Shown: one piece after another, positions 47,342 to 58,234 of the stretch
Layout of the letters: every line of letters starts with the position of its first letter
How positions within the stretch are numbered: the stretch's first letter is position 1
NCBI GenBank assembly: GCA_035623825.1
Contig: DASPSR010000034.1
Location: 1-64,000, forward strand
DNA length: 64,000 bases
From: Nitrospirota bacterium
GTDB lineage: Bacteria; Nitrospirota; UBA9217
Direction: 5' to 3'
Position numbers and translations under genes: made by a program
Notes under the pieces: model-generated
What the model saw: the letters and a program-made list of their open reading frames with translations, nothing else
What the model was told of the DNA's origin: nothing
The model's database searches: none

Positions 47342-49409
47342 CACTCTGTCTCCTCTTGATTTTTCCAATGGCTCCTAACGCCGCGGTGCGCAGTTCCTTC
47401 TGGAGCTTCCGCGACCTCCACCAGCGGATGCGGGTATAGCCGTTCAGGAACTGTATCTCTTCGCCGCCTCCGATCGCCCCAAGTGTCTTGATCGCCTCCA
47501 GCGTGAGCGCCAGTTCCTTCTTGTTGAGGGACCGGTCCTTTAAGAACATGACGAGGGATTTCACCTCCTCGGCATCGACGCCCTTTATTTCTGCAAAACC
47601 GCGGACCGCCATCATCTGGATATCAACGTCACCGTCTTTCAGAAACCTTGCCAGGAGCCCTGCGGCCTTTTTCCCTCCGATGGCGATGAGCCCCTTGACG
47701 ACCTCTTGCCGTATTCGGACATCCTTATGGTTCATCACCCGATGGAGATACGCAATGGCCTGGTCGGTCTTGCTCTCCCCCAGGATGTTTACGACATTGC
47801 GCACAAAGTACCAGCGGTCATCCGAAAGGCGTTCGCCGAGCAAAGTGATGTCGTTCTTACCCACATCTTTTACAAGATCAAGGAGGAATGTCCTTGCCGA
47901 CCGGTCTTGCTCTTCTGCCAGGATTTCCAGCAGGATTTCCGTCGCGTCGCGTTCCAGGGCGGACAGATAAGAATAGGCCGAAAGGTATTCAGCAGATCCC
48001 TTGGGGTGGTTCCGCATGTCGGCGACCGTCGCGGCAACGGCGGGCTTCAATATCGTTTTTTTTATGGCATCCATCATCCGCGGCTTGAAGGCAGGGTCGA
48101 CCGGCATATGGAACACCCGAACGATCAGCGCGGCCAGGTCATAGTCTTTTTTCGTCAGGAGATACGCCAGCATGTCTTCAAGCTGGTGGACAACGCCGGA
48201 AAAGAGGCTGACCTCCTTCTCCTGCGAATCGGCGCGGCGGGGATTCTTTACCAGGGAGAGCAGGAATATGAGTGTACGCACCGAGGCCTCGATAGTGTCC
48301 GACTCCATGCCTGCTCCGCCCATGATCTTCATCGCTTCCATCTCTTCCGGCGTGTATTCCGCCATCTCCCTCGCGAACTGGATCGTGTTCTGGGAAATCG
48401 GCACAACCTCTAAATCAGCCGGAGACGGCGGGGGGGAAGGCGGAGCAATCTTCTTCGACAATGATTTTTTCAGGAGCGTCGTCACCTGTTGCACGTTCCA
48501 GACGTTGGAAAAACGTCCGGCCAGGATCTCGTGAATCTCGTCGGGCACCTGTTCCTCGAATTCGGCTTTCCGTTCATTCACGATTTCCGAATCCGATCCT
48601 TCGTACAGCTTGCCGATAACAAACCCGTCACGGTAAGCGGGTTCGAGCGAAATTACAGACTTGGCCAATCCTTCAAACAGAGCATCGCTCTGGTCGGGCT
48701 GCTCCTCCTGTATCTTATGCCCTGCTTCCTGATACAGCGCCAAGAGTCTGTCTTCCACGCTTTCGTGTTCGGCGCGCGCCTGCAATGCGCGTTCGACCAT
48801 GCCGGCACCGAACCCGGCAGGATTGGCCAAGAGGTCGCCCAGGACCAGGGTACGGTGTGAAGATTGTGATTCTTTCTGCGCCGCGAACGGTTCGGAAACG
48901 CCGGAAGGCGCTTCAACGTGCTTCTTTTCCTCCTGTCCTCCTGTCTTTGTCGTAACGATCTCGTCAAGACCCGCAAGGGTAACCTTGATGTGCGTCGCGT
49001 TCTTTTCCCAGAGGATAGAATTAATCCCGCCTCTCATCGCCGCCCCTTCCGGCGACAATGCAAGGGCCTGATAGAGATTCAGCAGCTCATCTTCGGTGAC
49101 GCCCTGGCTGATGGTGATCCCCCGTACGCCTTTTGCAAACAGGTCCTGAGCAATGGCCCTGTTCAATTGCGCATCTTTCCCGAGGGGAGCATTCAGGTAG
49201 GTGAAATGGGTTTTCTGCACACCGATGTAGTATCCCGGCGTGGTCTGGAGAAAGTTCTGCAGCACTTCAAACGATTTTTTGATTGACTGGGAGTAGACAG
49301 GATTATTGGGTGGATAGAGCTTCACAGCCCTGATCGCCGAAACGAGATAACGCATTGCATCCTGGACTTCAGGAGCAGGTGACTCTGGATGTTTTGATGA
49401 TTCCTGCAT
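47319..49409 (-). CDS. HEAT-repeat protein
   Basis: C-terminal repeats (D.RWYFVRN...LG, H.DVRIRQE...L..IGG); overlaps the HD-GYP start; ATG 49409 lies 7 nt after TACCCT. Confidence 0.85.
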   Translation of the reverse strand: MQESSKHPESPAPEVQDAMRYLVSAIRAVKLYPPNNPVYSQSIKKSFEVLQNFLQTTPGYYIGVQKTHFTYLNAPLGKDAQLNRAIAQDLFAKGVRGITISQGVTEDELLNLYQALALSPEGAAMRGGINSILWEKNATHIKVTLAGLDEIVTTKTGGQEEKKHVEAPSGVSEPFAAQKESQSSHRTLVLGDLLANPAGFGAGMVERALQARAEHESVEDRLLALYQEAGHKIQEEQPDQSDALFEGLAKSVISLEPAYRDGFVIGKLYEGSDSEIVNERKAEFEEQVPDEIHEILAGRFSNVWNVQQVTTLLKKSLSKKIAPPSPPPSPADLEVVPISQNTIQFAREMAEYTPEEMEAMKIMGGAGMESDTIEASVRTLIFLLSLVKNPRRADSQEKEVSLFSGVVHQLEDMLAYLLTKKDYDLAALIVRVFHMPVDPAFKPRMMDAIKKTILKPAVAATVADMRNHPKGSAEYLSAYSYLSALERDATEILLEILAEEQDRSARTFLLDLVKDVGKNDITLLGERLSDDRWYFVRNVVNILGESKTDQAIAYLHRVMNHKDVRIRQEVVKGLIAIGGKKAAGLLARFLKDGDVDIQMMAVRGFAEIKGVDAEEVKSLVMFLKDRSLNKKELALTLEAIKTLGAIGGGEEIQFLNGYTRIRWWRSRKLQKELRTAALGAIGKIKRRQSDGRIAKR

Positions 49410-49468
49410 ACGGTAGAGGGTATCACAAGGAGATATCGTTGTCAAAGCTGAAGCTGAGATTCGTGCAT

Positions 49469-50677
49469 CTAGCGACCGACCTCTTCGTTGTTGCTCTTCT
49501 TCACACGCGAAATCACTTCACCCTGGTAGAGCCTCGTACTGAGCAAGTCGCCGTCTTGCACGTCGGAGGGGTCTTTCAGGATGATGCCGGCGGGAAGTTT
49601 CTTCGTAATGCTGTATCCGCGAGAGAGGATGCCCAGCGGATTCAGATGATCGAGCGCTGAGGTTAGAGAAGCGAGAAGCGCGCGATCCCTGCGCACATGA
49701 TGACCGAACCCCGTAGCCAGTCTGCCGGCCAGATCATCGACGCGCTGCGTGTACTGTTCCAGCAATCTCCTCGGGTCCCCAAGCATCCGCGAGTGTTCAC
49801 GGAGCGATACCCGGGTAAGCTCGATCTGCTGCCGAATGCTCCTGATGAGGCCTGATTCACGAGAGATGATGAACTCCCGGAAACTCTCTTCGCTTTTTAC
49901 CACCATCTCCGCCGCCGCCGACGGGGTCGGTGCGCGGAGATCAGCCACAAAGTCAGAAATTGTGTAGTCTGTCTCGTGCCCGACGGCGGAAATGACCGGG
50001 ACCGCAGAGGCGTAGATGGCTCGGGCGACCGTTTCTTCGTTGAATGCCCAGAGATCCTCGAGCGAGCCTCCGCCGCGGCCGACGATCATCACGTCCACGT
50101 TCCGCTCCCGGTTGAAATACAGGATCGCCTCAACGATGGCAGGCGCTGCCTCGGGCCCCTGCACCGGGACAGGATAGATGAGGATTTGCATTCGAGGATG
50201 GCGTCGCTTGATTACCCTCAGCATATCGCGGATGGCTGCGCCAGTCGGAGATGTGATGATGCCGATCCGTTGCGGCAGGAGCGGGAGCGGCCTCTTGTGA
50301 TCAAGATCGAACAGGCCTTCCTTTTCGAGCTTTGCCTTCAGCTGCTCGAACGCCATCTGAAGCGCCCCTACTCCCTTGGGTTCGATATAATCGACAATGA
50401 GCTGGTACTCGCCGCGCTGCTCGTACACGCTGACCCTGCCCCTGCAGATCACCTGCATGCCGTGCTGGAGCGTGAACTTAAGAAACCGCTGGGACGAGCG
50501 GAACAGGACGGACCTTATTTGACTATGTTCGTCTTTCAGGGTGAAATAGGCATGTCCGGATTGCGGGATAGTGAGATTTGAGATCTCCCCCTCCACCCAG
50601 AGATCGGGGAAGTTTCCTTCGAGGAGGCTTTTGATCTGGATGGTGAGTTGAGTGACGGTAAGAATATGCGTGCGCAT
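49469..50677 (-). CDS. xseA: exodeoxyribonuclease VII large subunit
   Basis: WVEGEISN, SGHAYFTLKD, TSPTGAAIRD, RGGGSLEDLW.FN, SAVGHETD, RAPTPSAAAE, LSRGYS. Confidence 0.97.
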   Translation of the reverse strand: MRTHILTVTQLTIQIKSLLEGNFPDLWVEGEISNLTIPQSGHAYFTLKDEHSQIRSVLFRSSQRFLKFTLQHGMQVICRGRVSVYEQRGEYQLIVDYIEPKGVGALQMAFEQLKAKLEKEGLFDLDHKRPLPLLPQRIGIITSPTGAAIRDMLRVIKRRHPRMQILIYPVPVQGPEAAPAIVEAILYFNRERNVDVMIVGRGGGSLEDLWAFNEETVARAIYASAVPVISAVGHETDYTISDFVADLRAPTPSAAAEMVVKSEESFREFIISRESGLIRSIRQQIELTRVSLREHSRMLGDPRRLLEQYTQRVDDLAGRLATGFGHHVRRDRALLASLTSALDHLNPLGILSRGYSITKKLPAGIILKDPSDVQDGDLLSTRLYQGEVISRVKKSNNEEVGR

Positions 50678-50826
50678 ACGAGCACCAAATCTCAATTGCC
50701 AAAAACCCGCTGCACGGGAAGCGACAAGCGCCTTATGATCATTGTTCCGGACGTAGATCTGTTAAAAATGGGATATCGTGTAAGGCTTGTGTACCGTGGA
50801 TTGGTATCTCATTGACGCTGGCCCGC

Positions 50827-51603
50827 TCAGGATCTGATCCGAATTCTTTCAATCGCCACGGCCTTCCCTGTCGCTGATTCAATATCAATGATCACAGCAT
50901 CAAGGTGAACAGGCCCTTTGGGGATCTCGAACCGGTGAGGTGTCTGATAAAGAAACCGCGCAATGGCCTGTTCCTTTTTCACGCCGATGACCGAATCCGT
51001 AGGCCCCGTCATGCCGACATCGGTAATAAACGCTGTGCCCGCATTGAGGATCCGTTCATCCGATGTCTGGACGTGCGTATGGGTCCCGATTACAGCGCTC
51101 GCCTTGCCGTCAAGATGCCAGGCAAGTGCCATCTTTTCGGACGTGGCCTCAGCGTGAAAATCGATGATCACGACCGGCGTTTCCTTTTTGAGCTTCCCTA
51201 GCTCGCGTTCAGCGACACGGAACGGATCTTCAAGGTTCGACATGAAGACCCTCCCCTCGAGGTTCAGCACAGCCGCTCGACCTGCGCCGGTAGAGATGCA
51301 CACGCTGCCGTATCCGGGATTTCCTTCAGGATAGTTAGCGGGCCTGATGAGCCGGTCCTGCTTTGTGAGGTAGGGCTCTATTTCTTTTTTGTCCCAGACG
51401 TGGTTGCCCGAGGTCAGGACATGGATCCCGAGGGAGAACAGCTCTTCAGCAATCTCAGGCGTGATCCCGAACCCGCCGGCTGCGTTCTCACCGTTTGCGA
51501 TCACGAGGTCCGGTCGATGGGTTTCGGCGAGACTGCGCATATTCGCCCGCACCATCTTCCTCCCCGGCTCTCCGATGATATCGCCGATGAAAAGGACCCT
51601 CAA
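50827..51603 (-). CDS. ymdB: YmdB/TIGR00282 metallophosphoesterase
   Basis: FIGDIIG, NGENAAGG, SGNH, DFHAEATSEK, GTHTH, TDVGMTG; probable TTG start at 51603 (the longer ORF call overlaps rny). Confidence 0.93.
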   Translation of the reverse strand: MRVLFIGDIIGEPGRKMVRANMRSLAETHRPDLVIANGENAAGGFGITPEIAEELFSLGIHVLTSGNHVWDKKEIEPYLTKQDRLIRPANYPEGNPGYGSVCISTGAGRAAVLNLEGRVFMSNLEDPFRVAERELGKLKKETPVVIIDFHAEATSEKMALAWHLDGKASAVIGTHTHVQTSDERILNAGTAFITDVGMTGPTDSVIGVKKEQAIARFLYQTPHRFEIPKGPVHLDAVIIDIESATGKAVAIERIRIRS

Positions 51604-51625
51604 GGACCCCCCTAGTCCGCCGTCA

Positions 51626-53182
51626 CTATTTGGCGTACTCCACGTACCTGCTCTCGCGCACCACCGTAACCTTGATCTGTCCTGGATAGGACAGCTCCTG
51701 TTCGATCTTTTTGGCGATATCGCGTGAAAGCTGGGCCGAATGCGCATCCGAGAGATCCTCGGGTTTCACGATGATGCGGATCTCGCGGCCGGCCTGAATG
51801 GCGTAGGATTTCTCGACCCCCTTGAAGGAGTTGGCGGTCGACTCGAGCTGCTCAAGACGCTTGAGGTAGCTCTCGAGGGTCTCGCGCCGCACGCCGGGCC
51901 TGCCGGCGGACAGCGCGTCCGCGGCCGCCACGAGCACCGACTCGACACAGTTCGGCTCGCCGTCACCGTGGTGGGTCAAGATCGCATTGATCACCTTGGT
52001 GTTCTCGCCGTACTTCTTGGCCAGGTCGCCTCCGATCTGGGGATGCGTTCCTTCCACCTCATGATCGATGGATTTGCCCAGGTCGTGGAGCAGTCCTGCC
52101 CGCCGCGCGAGTTTCTGGTCCACGCCGCACTCCGCCGCCATGATACCCGCAAAATACGCCACCTCGCGGGAATGCATAAGCACGTTCTGACCGTAACTCG
52201 TACGGTATTTGAGCCTTCCGACGAGCTTGATTATCTCGGGATGCATGTTGTGGATGCCGAGGTCGAAAGCCGCCTTCTCGCCTTCGTCCTTCATGGCCGT
52301 ATCCAGGTCCTTTTTGACCTTCTCTGCGATCTCTTCGATCCTCGCAGGATGGATGCGGCCGTCCTGGATCAAGCGCTCGATGGTGAGTCGGGCTATCTCT
52401 CTACGGAGCGGGTCATAGCATGAGAGGATAACGGCCTCCGGCGTGTCATCGATGATGAGGTCGATGCCGGTCGCGGCCTCGAGCGCCCGGATGTTCCTGC
52501 CCTCGCGTCCGATGATCCTCCCCTTCATTTCGTCGTTCGGCAGATTCACGACTGAAACAGTTGCCTCGGCCACGTAATCGCTTGCGTACCGCTGTATAGC
52601 CAGGCTGATGATGTTCTTGGCCTTCTTGTCGGCTTCTTCCTTGGCCTCGTCCTCTATCCTCTTGATGGTCTTGGCCGCCTCGTACTTGGCTTCATCTTCC
52701 ATCGAGACCATGAGCTGACGTTTGGCCTCTTCGGCCGTCATGTTCGCGATCTTCTCGAGCATCTGCCGTTGTTCGCGCAGCCCCTTCTCAAAGCGCTCCT
52801 CTTTCTCGATCGCTACCTTCTCGCGCGCTGTAAGCTCCCGCTCGCGCCGCACGGCATCCACTTCCCGCCTCTCGATAAGATCGATCTTCTTTTCAAGGCT
52901 TTCCTCCTTTTGGGTAAGCCGGCGCTCCTGGTTCTGAAGCTCCTGTTTCTTCTCGCGGTTCTCGCGTTCGAAGTCGGAACGTGCCTGGTAGAGCTTGTCT
53001 TTTGCCTCGAGTACGGCTTCTTTGCGCTTGGTCTCGGCCTCTCTCTCGGCGTTCGCAACTATCCGCGCAGCCTCTGTTTCTGCACCCTTTATCTTGCCAG
53101 CGGCAGCCCTGCTTTTTAACAGCAGGCCGAGGCCGACGCCGACGGCGAGCCCTGCAGCTATCAGAATAATATATTCAATCAT
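51626..53182 (-). CDS. rny: ribonuclease Y
   Basis: N-terminal TM, coiled coil, [32 protein letters not shown]. Confidence 0.97.
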   Translation of the reverse strand: MIEYIILIAAGLAVGVGLGLLLKSRAAAGKIKGAETEAARIVANAEREAETKRKEAVLEAKDKLYQARSDFERENREKKQELQNQERRLTQKEESLEKKIDLIERREVDAVRRERELTAREKVAIEKEERFEKGLREQRQMLEKIANMTAEEAKRQLMVSMEDEAKYEAAKTIKRIEDEAKEEADKKAKNIISLAIQRYASDYVAEATVSVVNLPNDEMKGRIIGREGRNIRALEAATGIDLIIDDTPEAVILSCYDPLRREIARLTIERLIQDGRIHPARIEEIAEKVKKDLDTAMKDEGEKAAFDLGIHNMHPEIIKLVGRLKYRTSYGQNVLMHSREVAYFAGIMAAECGVDQKLARRAGLLHDLGKSIDHEVEGTHPQIGGDLAKKYGENTKVINAILTHHGDGEPNCVESVLVAAADALSAGRPGVRRETLESYLKRLEQLESTANSFKGVEKSYAIQAGREIRIIVKPEDLSDAHSAQLSRDIAKKIEQELSYPGQIKVTVVRESRYVEYAK

Positions 53183-54522
53183 TCTCTTTCCTCCTGATGT
53201 CGCTTCTTCAGCCCGGCAAGACGTTCCTTGATCCTTTTCTCGTCGCCCTGCTCCGTGGGCCGGTAGTATTCCCGCTTCTGCGGGAGGTAATCCTGAGCCA
53301 CATAGTGGCCAGGATAATCGTGCGGGTATCTGTAACCCTTGCCTCTGCCGAGCCTCGAGGAACCTTTGTAGCTCGCGTCCCTGAGATGGTCCGGCACGGG
53401 CATGAGATGGCCTTCTTCTATCTCCTTCATGGCTTCCCTGATGCCTAGGTAAGAAGCGTTGCTCTTGGGCGCAGTGGCAACGTACACCGCCGCCTGAGCC
53501 AGTGGTATCCCCCCCTCGGGCATTCCGATCCGCTCTACTGCTTGATATGCCGCCGTCGCAAGGATAAGCGCCCGGGGATCGGCGTTCCCCACGTCCTCGC
53601 TCGCCGCAATAACGATCCTGCGCGCGATGAATAGCGGGTCTTCGCCTGCGTAGACCATCTTGGCCATCCAGTAGAGCGCGGCATCGGGATCGCTTCCGCG
53701 CATGCTCTTAATGAACGCCGAGATCGTATCGTAGTGTTCATCTTCGTCGTATGTCAGCGCCTTCTTCTGAATCGATTCCTCGGCCGTAAGGAGGTCGTAA
53801 ACGATTGTTCCTTGAGGTCCGGCAGGAGTCGAGAGCGCTCCGATTTCGAGAGCGTTCAAAGCGCGTCTCGCGTCTCCATTGGATTTCGCAATAATAAACT
53901 CCAGGGCATCCGGTGCAAGGGTCACGGAGAGGTTCCCGAGTCCGCGCTCCTTGTCCGTGAGCGCGCGCACGATGAGTCGTCTGATGTCCTCGTCCCTGAG
54001 AGGTTTAAATTCGAAGATCTGCGAGCGGGATGAGAGGGCGGGAATGATCGCGAAAAAGGGGTTTTGCGTGGAGGCGCCGATGAGGATGATGTTCCCCCGC
54101 TCCACATCGGGCAGGAGCGCATCCTGCTGCACACGCGTGAACCGGTGGATCTCATCGATGAAGAGGACGGTCCTCCTGCCGCCCTGGCTCCTTTCCAGAG
54201 CAGCCTCCTGCGTCACTTTCCTGATATCAGCCACACCCGCAGTAACAGCGTTCAGGGAGACAAAGTGCGTCTTGCTGCGCTCGGCGATCAGATGCGCAAG
54301 GGCGGTCTTGCCCACCCCTGGCGGACCGTAGAGGATGAGGGACATGAACCGGTCGGCCTCGATGGCCCTGCGCAAGAGCTTGCCTGTACCAAGGATATGC
54401 TCTTGGCCGACGAATTCGGACAGGTCGCGCGGCCGCATCCTCCACGCCAGAGGCGGCTCCGACGGCTCAGCGGTCAAAGGCAAAGAATGCGCCTGCTTTT
54501 TGAGATTTTTGAGACCCAACAA
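53179..54522 (-). CDS. rarA: replication-associated recombination AAA+ ATPase RarA/MgsA
   Basis: [47 protein letters not shown]; start codon uncertain. Confidence 0.95.
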   Translation of the reverse strand: MLGLKNLKKQAHSLPLTAEPSEPPLAWRMRPRDLSEFVGQEHILGTGKLLRRAIEADRFMSLILYGPPGVGKTALAHLIAERSKTHFVSLNAVTAGVADIRKVTQEAALERSQGGRRTVLFIDEIHRFTRVQQDALLPDVERGNIILIGASTQNPFFAIIPALSSRSQIFEFKPLRDEDIRRLIVRALTDKERGLGNLSVTLAPDALEFIIAKSNGDARRALNALEIGALSTPAGPQGTIVYDLLTAEESIQKKALTYDEDEHYDTISAFIKSMRGSDPDAALYWMAKMVYAGEDPLFIARRIVIAASEDVGNADPRALILATAAYQAVERIGMPEGGIPLAQAAVYVATAPKSNASYLGIREAMKEIEEGHLMPVPDHLRDASYKGSSRLGRGKGYRYPHDYPGHYVAQDYLPQKREYYRPTEQGDEKRIKERLAGLKKRHQEERE

Positions 54523-54986
54523 AATGTTTCAGGAGAGCCTACGCGGGAAAGTGATAGTGAGAGAATCAGATTGGCCGAATCAGGATAACACGTCGCATGG
54601 GATATTTTCGGATATGCGCTAAGAGACATCCTCTCTTCGAGAAGGTGCTATAGACCCGTCCTGTCCGCTCATCCAATGCATACTTCCCGAAGAATCCATC
54701 GTCGGTGCTGTCTCTTGATGCGTATATGTATAAATAAATATTCCCATGTTCAAAAAGTCTGATACCCTGTCGGCAAATACAATCGTTGTGCGGACCCGAG
54801 AATACATCAGGAAGCGCAAGAACCCATGGTTAGCATGCTACTTTCTCGGTAGTCCGCAGAAACATTGACACTATCACGAGCGCCGGGGCCTTCCTTACTT
54901 ACCGCCCTTCAAATATGCGCTGATCACATGCATTGTTATCGATAAATAGCTGGTTATGAAGCCTTCTCGTGCGGGATACTAAAAAA

Positions 54987-55166
54987 ATCCCCCGCTTTTG
55001 CCGTGTAGATAAACTTGATTCCTGGTCGTAACCAGGTGGGCACCATATCGGAAAGTTTAGGCGTCCCAGTCTTGCCTGGGCATGCACACCCTTTCCCTGG
55101 GATGGCTCCCATTATTTTTTTTTCACGAGGAACAAGTTATATCAATCACGTGCAAAGCAGGGGACT
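54987..55166 (-). ncRNA. ssrS: 6S RNA
   Basis: About 180 nt downstream of zapA; ends pair (GTCCCCTGCTTTGCACGTG / CACGGCAAAAGCGGGGGAT); long rod with a central bubble and apical CCCAG/CTGGG stem. Confidence 0.88.
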
Positions 55167-55332
55167 TTGTTCCAACCATTCATCTGTGTACTTTATACCA
55201 GAATCGGTAAAAAATGGCAAGAGGAAAAATAATGCGCTGTTTTGCCGGAGCTGAAAAAAATATCTTCCATTTCAATAGGTTCAGCTGTTCCGACTCTGTC
55301 ATTCCACGAGGAAACCGGCTTCAAGACGTTTG

Positions 55333-55623
55333 TTATTTTTTCCCTTTCACGCCTTCGGGTTCAGTTATAACGAGCAACCGTTGGGCTGCTGCCTCTGCCG
55401 TCTTTTCAAGGGTGCCATGCTGCCGGCGCAAACGGAATAGTTCATCTGATATCGTTAGTGCCGTCAGGATAGCGACCCGATGAGGATCAGATGTGCCGGT
55501 TCCCTTTTGTACATCCTTCATCTTCGCGTCGACATACGCTGCAAGCTCACATATGTAATCATGGTCATCCTTGCCCTTGATGTTGTACACTTGCCCAAAT
55601 ATTTCGACTTTCACGCTTTCCAT
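55333..55623 (-). CDS. zapA: cell division protein ZapA
   Basis: VKVEIFGQVYNI, LA.YVD.KM, AIL.AL.I.DEL; lies upstream of 6S RNA. Confidence 0.9.
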   Translation of the reverse strand: MESVKVEIFGQVYNIKGKDDHDYICELAAYVDAKMKDVQKGTGTSDPHRVAILTALTISDELFRLRRQHGTLEKTAEAAAQRLLVITEPEGVKGKK

Positions 55624-55693
55624 GGTTCTCCGTCTCGCGCGTGGAGCGGCGGGCAGAGTGCGGAGCTTCTCCTCTTCCCTTTGCTCTCCGACT

Positions 55694-56599
55694 TCACAAC
55701 AGCGCATCCACGAATTCTTTTGGATTGAACTCCCGCAGGTCTTCAATTGCCTCGCCGATGCCGATGAACTTCACCGGAATGGGGAGTTCTTTGTTTATGG
55801 CAAAGACGATGCCGCCCTTCGACGTGCCGTCCAGCTTGGTAAGCACAATACCGGTCACACCTACGGCCTCGTGGAACATCTTCGCTTGCACGAGGGCGTT
55901 CTGGCCCGTGCTCCCGTCAAGGACGAGCAGGGTTTCATGCGGCGCCCCGGGGAGTTCACGCGACAGGATGCGCTTCACCTTCTTCAGCTCGTCCATGAGG
56001 TTCGATTTTGTGTGGAGCCTGCCTGCGGTGTCCACGATCAGCACGTCGATCATTCTGGCCTTTGCTGCTGAAACAGCGTCGAATGCCACCGCTCCGGGAT
56101 CTGCCCCTTCCTGATGCTTGATGACGGGGATGCCCGCCCGTTTTCCCCAGATCAGGAGCTGTTCCGATGCCGCCGCACGAAATGTATCTCCTGCCGCCAG
56201 CATCACGTTCTTCCCCTGAGATTGAAGCCAGTACGCAAGCTTGCCGATCGTGGTGGTCTTGCCCGTGCCGTTCACGCCGACCACGAGCACAATGGACGGC
56301 GACGTAGCCACGGAAAACGCCGAAGAACGGGATATCAGGATGTCAAGGAGAACCTGTTTGAGTCTGTCCTTGATCTGAACCGCAGTGGAGAGTTCCTTGC
56401 GTTTGAACCGCTCCTGGAGGTCCTTCAGCACTAACGACGTCGTCTCCATCCCAACGTCGGCTGCAATGAGTGCTTCCTCGAGCTCGACGAGAAATGAGTC
56501 ATCGATCTTTTCACCGAGGACCAAGGATCCGATCTTTTCGGCAAATCCCTTCCTGGTTTTTGCAAGCCCGTCACTCAGGCCGCGAAAAACACCTAACAT
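55694..56599 (-). CDS. ftsY: SRP receptor FtsY (short, NG domain only)
   Basis: GVNGTGKTTTIGKLA, DTFRAAA, DTAGR, TKLDGTSKGG, GIGE..EDL. Confidence 0.96.
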   Translation of the reverse strand: MLGVFRGLSDGLAKTRKGFAEKIGSLVLGEKIDDSFLVELEEALIAADVGMETTSLVLKDLQERFKRKELSTAVQIKDRLKQVLLDILISRSSAFSVATSPSIVLVVGVNGTGKTTTIGKLAYWLQSQGKNVMLAAGDTFRAAASEQLLIWGKRAGIPVIKHQEGADPGAVAFDAVSAAKARMIDVLIVDTAGRLHTKSNLMDELKKVKRILSRELPGAPHETLLVLDGSTGQNALVQAKMFHEAVGVTGIVLTKLDGTSKGGIVFAINKELPIPVKFIGIGEAIEDLREFNPKEFVDALL

Positions 56600-56733
56600 G
56601 TTGCCCCTCTCAACTAAATTTCCATGTCCGAAAGATCAACGTAGGAATAAATTCCGAGCTCCGATTCTCCAAACCTCGTTTATTTCTGCGCCTCTGTGCT
56701 TGACATGATGTTTATGATCTTCGGCTGTCTTTC

Positions 56734-57825
56734 TCATATATCCAGCGGCAGCTTACCGGATGAATCGGATGTCCCGCTGCCCTTGGACACCCTCCCGTCA
56801 TTTCTTGAGCCTTTCTTCCCCGTCAGCTGCCCCTCGCCCGTTTCCGCCAGATCGTCGGTGGGATTGGCCCTGGAGCCCCCATGAGCTGTCTGCCGATAGA
56901 GATAGCGGTCATGCATCTTGCTGTAAGTCGTCCACTCTCCTTCGCCCACGTTCTCTTTCTTCAACGTCGCCTGGAAGTTGTTGATCTTCGCAGAGAGGTC
57001 GTCGAGATAGTTTATGACGATAGCCTCCTGGATCTTGGGCCTCTTGGGCGACCCGAATTCATACTCACCGTGGTGCGAAAGCACAATATGCTTGAGCAGC
57101 ATAGCGAGTTCCGCCGGGAACGCCGGGATCGCATCGATCTTCTCTACGACCATTTCATAGCCGAGTGATATGTGACCGATGAGCCTTCCCTCCGTGGTAT
57201 ATTCTATGGATTTCCTGATGCTGAGCTCGCGCACCTTGCCGATGTCGTGCAAAAATGCTCCTGCCGTGAGCAGGTCAACGTCGATCGACGGGAAATGTTC
57301 GGCCACGTCCCGGGCGAGGGACATGAGCTCAACCACATGCTCCAGCAGACCGCCAACATAGTTATGATGGAGCGTCTTGGCCGCGGGCACGCGCTTGAAA
57401 AGCTCCATGAACGGGGCGTCGTTCAGGAAAGCGGTCATCAACTGTTTGAGATGAGCATTCGTGATACCCGCTGCCATGGTCCTTATCTCTCTTATCATGT
57501 CATCGGGGTTGCGGGAAGAGGTCTGAATGAAGTTGGCGATGTCCACTTTCCCATCATCGACTTTTTCGAGCGTTTTCATCTTGATCTGCATCGTTCCCTG
57601 ATAGTTGGCTGCGATGCCCTTTATGCGGACAAAATCCTCACGCTCAAACTTGCCTGCAACCTCATCGGCGTTGTCCCACAGTTTCCCGTCGATTTCACCG
57701 GTTTTGTCCGCGAGCTTTATTGAAAGGTAGGTCACGCCATTCTTGGCCGTGGATACTTGCTTTGCCGTAACGAGGTAGGTCTCCTCTATCCAGTCGCCCT
57801 CTTTTAAGGACGCAATAGTCTGCAT
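56734..57825 (-). CDS. yhaM: OB-fold plus HD 3'-5' exoribonuclease, YhaM-like
   Basis: L.DKTG.I..K.W, PAA...HH...GGL.EH, LHDIGK, GHI, SHHG.YEFGSP. Confidence 0.9.
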   Translation of the reverse strand: MQTIASLKEGDWIEETYLVTAKQVSTAKNGVTYLSIKLADKTGEIDGKLWDNADEVAGKFEREDFVRIKGIAANYQGTMQIKMKTLEKVDDGKVDIANFIQTSSRNPDDMIREIRTMAAGITNAHLKQLMTAFLNDAPFMELFKRVPAAKTLHHNYVGGLLEHVVELMSLARDVAEHFPSIDVDLLTAGAFLHDIGKVRELSIRKSIEYTTEGRLIGHISLGYEMVVEKIDAIPAFPAELAMLLKHIVLSHHGEYEFGSPKRPKIQEAIVINYLDDLSAKINNFQATLKKENVGEGEWTTYSKMHDRYLYRQTAHGGSRANPTDDLAETGEGQLTGKKGSRNDGRVSKGSGTSDSSGKLPLDI

Positions 57826-57964
57826 CGTGCTCCTCTCATCTGTGCTGTGATAATAAACTATCCCCCCGGCGTTGTCAAACGGAAAGCGGGAAGAGCCTTC
57901 AGAGAGCTGGCTGAACGGTCCCTTGAGAAACAGCGCGTCGCACGTCTTCGTTCATCTGGCAGGA

Positions 57965-58204
57965 TTACAATGAAGGGCGGGTTTCTGGTGGTTCGGTCTT
58001 CATACACACGGCGCCGGCAGGGGAAGGAATACCATCGCTCTTGAAGCGTTTGAATACCCTTCGGGGCAGTTCAAGGAGCACCTGCTGCGGATCCGTTATC
58101 TCCCCGACGCGATAGATGATGGCAAAATCCAGCGACGACGTCGCGCCAAATCCTCGGATAAAGCGAACCGTTGGATTGGGTTCGCTCAGAAGGCTGGGGA
58201 TCAC
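57965..58204 (-). pseudogene. C-terminal fragment of a mechanosensitive channel MscS
   Basis: IPSLLSEP.PTVRFI.GFG.SSLDF..I.RV......EL..RVFKRF..DGI resembles the MscS cytoplasmic C-domain; TM part absent. Confidence 0.6.
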
Positions 58205-58234
58205 GGCCTGCGGGCTGACAGGCAGATCACCGCG

